Program-made: the position numbers and the translations under genes
The notes under the pieces: generated by a model
The model's database searches: none
What the model was told of the DNA's origin: nothing
What the model saw: only the letters and a program-made list of their open reading frames with translations
Shown: positions 55,805 to 64,000 of the stretch, piece by piece
Numbering within the stretch: position 1 is the stretch's first letter
How the letters are laid out: each line of letters opens with the position of its first letter
Assembly: GCF_009914755.1 (NCBI RefSeq)
Contig: NC_060925.1
Strand: one strand, 5' to 3'
DNA from: the human T2T-CHM13v2.0 reference genome, Homo sapiens
DNA: 64,000 nucleotides

Positions 55805-56383
55805 TGCCCAGGCTTGCTTAGGTAAACAAAGCAGCCTGGAAGCTGGAACTGGGTGGAGCCCACCACAGCTCAAGGAGGCCTGCCTGCCTCTGTAGGCTCC
55901 ACCTCTGGGGGCAGGGCACAGACAAACAAAAAGACAGCAGTAACCTCTGCAGACTTAAGTGTCCCTGTCTGACAGCTTTGAAGAGAGCAGTGGTTCTCCC
56001 AGCACACAGCTGGAGATCTGAGAACGGGCAGACTGCCTCCTCAAGTGGGTCCCTGACCCCTGACCCCCGAGTAGCCTAACTGGGAGGCACCCCCCAGTAG
56101 GGGCAGACTGACACCTCACAGGGCCGGGTACTCCTCTGAGACAAAACTTCCAGAGGAACAATCAGCAGCATTCACGGTTCACGAAAATCTGCTGTTCTGC
56201 AGCCACCGCTGCTGGTACCCAGGCAAACAGGGTCTGGAGTGGATCTCTAGCAAACTCCAACAGACCTGCAGCTGAGGGTCCTGTCTGTTAGAAGGAAAAC
56301 TAACAAACAGAAAGGACATCCACACCAAAAACCCATCTGTACATCACCATCATCAAAGACCAAAAGTAGATAAAACCACAAAG

Positions 56384-57400
56384 ATGGGGAAAAAACAGAG
56401 CAGAAAAACTGGAAACTCTAAAAAGCAGAGCGCCTCTCCTCCTCCAAAGGAATACAGCTCCTCACCGGCAATGGAACAAAGCTGGACGGAGAATGACTTT
56501 GACGAATTGAGAGAAGAAGGCTTCAGACGATCAAACTACTCCGAGCTACAGGAGGAAATTCAAACCAAAGGCAAAGAAGTTGAAAACTTTGAAAAAAATT
56601 TAGACTAATGTATAACTAGAATAACCAATACAGAGAAGTGCTTAAAGGAGCTGATGGAGCTGAAAGCCAAGGCTCGAGAACTATGGGAAGAATGCAGAAG
56701 CCTCAGGAGCCGATGTGATCAACTGAAAGAAAGGGTATCAGTGATGGAAGATGAGATGAATGAAATGAAGCGAGAAGGGAAGTTTAGAGAAAAAAGAATA
56801 AAAAGAAACGAACAAAGCCTCCAAGAAATATGGGACTATGTGAAAAGACCAAATCTACGTCTGATTGGTGTACCTGAAAGTGACGGGGAGAATGGAACCA
56901 AGTTGGAAAACACTCTGCAGGGTATTATCCAGGAGAACTTCCCCAATCTAGCAAGGCAGGCCAACATTCAGATTCAGGAAATACAGAGAACACCACAAAG
57001 ATACTCCTCGAGAAGAGCAACTCCAAGACACATAATTGTCAGATTCACCAAAGTTGAAATGAAGGAAAAAATGTTAAGGGCAGCCAGAGAGAAAGGTCGG
57101 GTTACCCACAAAGGGAAGCCCATCAGACTAACAGTGGATCTCTCGGCAGAAACTCTAGAAGCCGGAAGAGAGTGGGGGCCAATATTCAACATTCTTAAAG
57201 AAAAGAATTTTCAACCCAGAACTTCATATCCAGCCAAACTAAGCTTCATAAGTGAAGGAGAAATAAAATACTTTACAGACAAGCAAATGCTGAGAGATTT
57301 TGTCACCACCAGGCCTGCCCTAAAAGAGCTCCTGAAGGAAGCACTAAACATGGAAAGGAACACCCGGTACTAGCCACTGCAAAATCATGCCAAATTGTAA
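56384..57400 (+). pseudogene. L1 ORF1p, disrupted
   Basis: MGKKQSRK start; in-frame stops at 56606-56608 and 57371-57373. Confidence 0.92.
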
Positions 57401-57463
57401 AGACCATCGAGGCTAGGAAGAAACTGCATCAACTAACAAGCAAAATAACCAGCTAACATCATA

Positions 57464-61292
<3,829 letters not shown>

Positions 61293-63279
61293 ACAATGAG
61301 AACACATGGACACAGGAAGGGGAACATCACACTCTGAGGACTGTTGTGGGGTGGGGGGAGGGGGGAGGGATAGCTTTAGGAGATATACCTAATGCTAAAT
61401 GACAAGTTAATCGGTGCAGCACACCAGCATGACACATGTATACATATGTAACTAACCTGCCCATTGTGCACATGTACCCTAAAACTTAAAGTATAATAAT
61501 AATAAAATAAAATAAAAATAAATGGGAATTTTTCTTGATTTCCTTTTCAGATAGATTATGATTGGTGTAAAGAGATGCAACTGTGTTTTGTGTGTTGATT
61601 TTTGTATCCTGCAACTTAATTCATTTTGTGTTCTTTACGGTTTTCTTCATATAGGATCATGTCATTTACTGAGTACGTGCTCTGTGGCAACAATTTTACA
61701 TGCATCATATCTGTACTAGTTTAGAATTATTATAATTTTTATTTGACAAATAAAGGAACTTGGGCTCAGAGTTGTTTGCTCAAGATTATACAGCTAGTAA
61801 CTGGCAGAGCTGAGATTTAAACCCAGAGCACTCTAACTCTAACTCCAGAGGGCATACTTTTTTTTTTTTTAATGCCATAATCCTGCTATCGCATCCTACT
61901 TTTTGAGCAAAATAAAATAATTTCAAATTTATGAACTAGTCTTAAGATAAATGGGAAAATTGTATTTCAAAAGTGAGACAGTGATAAAGCTAAGGACAAG
62001 AAAAAAATGTTAACTTTGTATCCTGTAACCTTGCTGTAATTGCTTATTATAGTTCCAGGAGTTTTTCGGTCAATTCTTTTTGGATTGTCTACATAGATGA
62101 TCATGTCATCTGCAAACAAAGACAGTTTTATTTCCTCCTTTCCAACCTGTATACTTTTTTTTCCCAATCTTATTGTGTTAGCTAGGATTTCCAGTACAAT
62201 GTTGAAAAGCAGTGGTAGGAGGGGACATCCTTGCCTTGTTCCTGATCTTAGTGGGAAAGCTTTATTGTTTTTTACCATTAAGTATGATGTTAGTTGTAGA
62301 TTTTTTAAAAATCAAGGTGAGAAATTTCCTGTCTATTCCTAGTTTGCAGAGAGTTTTTGTATTTAAAATCATTAATGGGTGTTAGATTTTGTCAAATGCC
62401 TTTTCCACATTCATTGATATGTGGAAAAATCATATGATTTTTCTTCTTTAGCCTGTTAATGTGATGGATTACATTAACTGATTTTCAAATGTTGAATCAG
62501 CTTTACATAGCTGGGACAAATCCCACTTGGTTGTGATGTGTAATTCTTTTTATATATTCTTGAATTCAATTTGCTAATACTTTCGTTGAGAATTTTCACA
62601 TCTATGTTCATGAGAGATATTGGTCTGTAGTTTTCTTGTAATGTCTTTGTCTGGTTTTGGTATTAGAGTAATGCTGGTCTCATAAAATGAGTTAGTAAGT
62701 CTTTCACTTGCTTCTATCTTCTGAAAGACATTATAGATAATTGTGTAATATTTTCCTTAAATTTTTGGTAGAATTCAGTGAACCTATCTGTGCCTGGTGC
62801 TATATGTTTTGGAATGTTGTTAATTGTTGATTGAATTTCTTTGATAGATATAGGCCCATTAAGACTGCCTATTTATCTTATGTAAGCTTTGGAAGATTGT
62901 GTCTTTCAAGGAGTTCGTCCATTTTATCTAGGTTGTCAAATAGGTGAGCATAGATTGTTCATCATGCTCCTTGATTATCCTTTTAATGTCTGTGAGATCC
63001 GTAGTGATGATGTCCCCTCTTTCATTTCTGATATTAGTAATTCGTGTCCTTCTGTTTTTTCTTAGTTAACCTGGCTTGAGGCTTATTGATTTTATTGATC
63101 TAAAGAAAACCTATCAGCTTTCGGTTTAATGATTTTCTCCATTGTTTTTCTATTTTTAATTTTATTGATTTCTGCACTGGTTTTTATTATTTCATTTTTT
63201 TCTGCTTACTTTGAATTTAATTTGCTGTGCTTTTTCTAGTTTCCTAGAGTGAAAGCCTAGATGATTGACTGAAGGTCTT

Positions 63280-63588
<309 letters not shown>

Positions 63589-63799
63589 TAGGTCTTTCTT
63601 TTTTTCTAATGTATGCATTTTATATATATTTCCATCTAATTATTGCTTTTGCTGCATCCCCCAAATTTTGAAACATTGTATTTTCATTGAGTTCAAAATA
63701 GTTTTAAATTTCTCTTGCAAGTTATTCTTTGACCTATGTATTATTTAGAACTTCGTTGTTTAATTTCCAAGTATTTTGGAATTTTCCAGCTATCTTTCT

Positions 63800-63936
63800 T
63801 TTTTCTTTTTTAAAAAATTGAGATGAGGTTTCACCATGTTTCCCAGGCTGGTCTCGGACTCCTGAACGCAGGCCATCCACCTGATTTCAGCCTTACAAAG
63901 TGCTGGGATTACAGGTGTGAGCCACCACGCCTGGCA
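63800..63936 (-). mobile_element. FLAM/Alu left monomer
   Basis: Flanked by a GGAATTTTCCAGCTATCTTTCT duplication. Confidence 0.8.
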
Positions 63937-64000
63937 GGAATTTTCCAGCTATCTTTCTGTTTCTGATTTCTAGTTGTAACTCCACTGTGGTCTGAAAGCA

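Overview
Human (primate) genomic DNA that I recognise from its proteins as the 1q25.3 ARPC5 / RGL1 / APOBEC4 locus. ARPC5 lies on the minus strand with 4 coding exons (143+73+177+63 nt = 151 aa), and its intron 1 is a minor-spliceosome AT-AC intron. It shares a CpG-island promoter (~32.4-33.9 kb) with a divergent plus-strand gene, probably the non-coding first exon of RGL1. APOBEC4 (single coding exon, 367 aa) is nested antisense in that gene's intron. Large mobile elements: a two-LTR HERV-H provirus (10492-16655, CCTGG TSD) with a 9-copy 61-bp minisatellite in its leader, a MER41A solo LTR, a MER57-type LTR, and a nested L1 cluster in which a full-length dead L1PA3/4 and an inverted 715-bp L1PA 3' end sit ~70 bp apart inside an older L1M. 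About 20 Alus and L2/MIR/MaLR relics fill the rest. The genes are known and I see no new protein-coding system. The most notable structural observations are: a possible chimeric L1-antisense-promoter unit aimed at APOBEC4; the HERV-H minisatellite; a stuttered templated insertion copied from 2.2 kb away; a 90-bp duplication and RFX boxes at the APOBEC4 promoter; and alternative acceptors at the ARPC5 U12 intron. Repeat subfamily calls come from remembered consensus sequences, not a RepeatMasker run.
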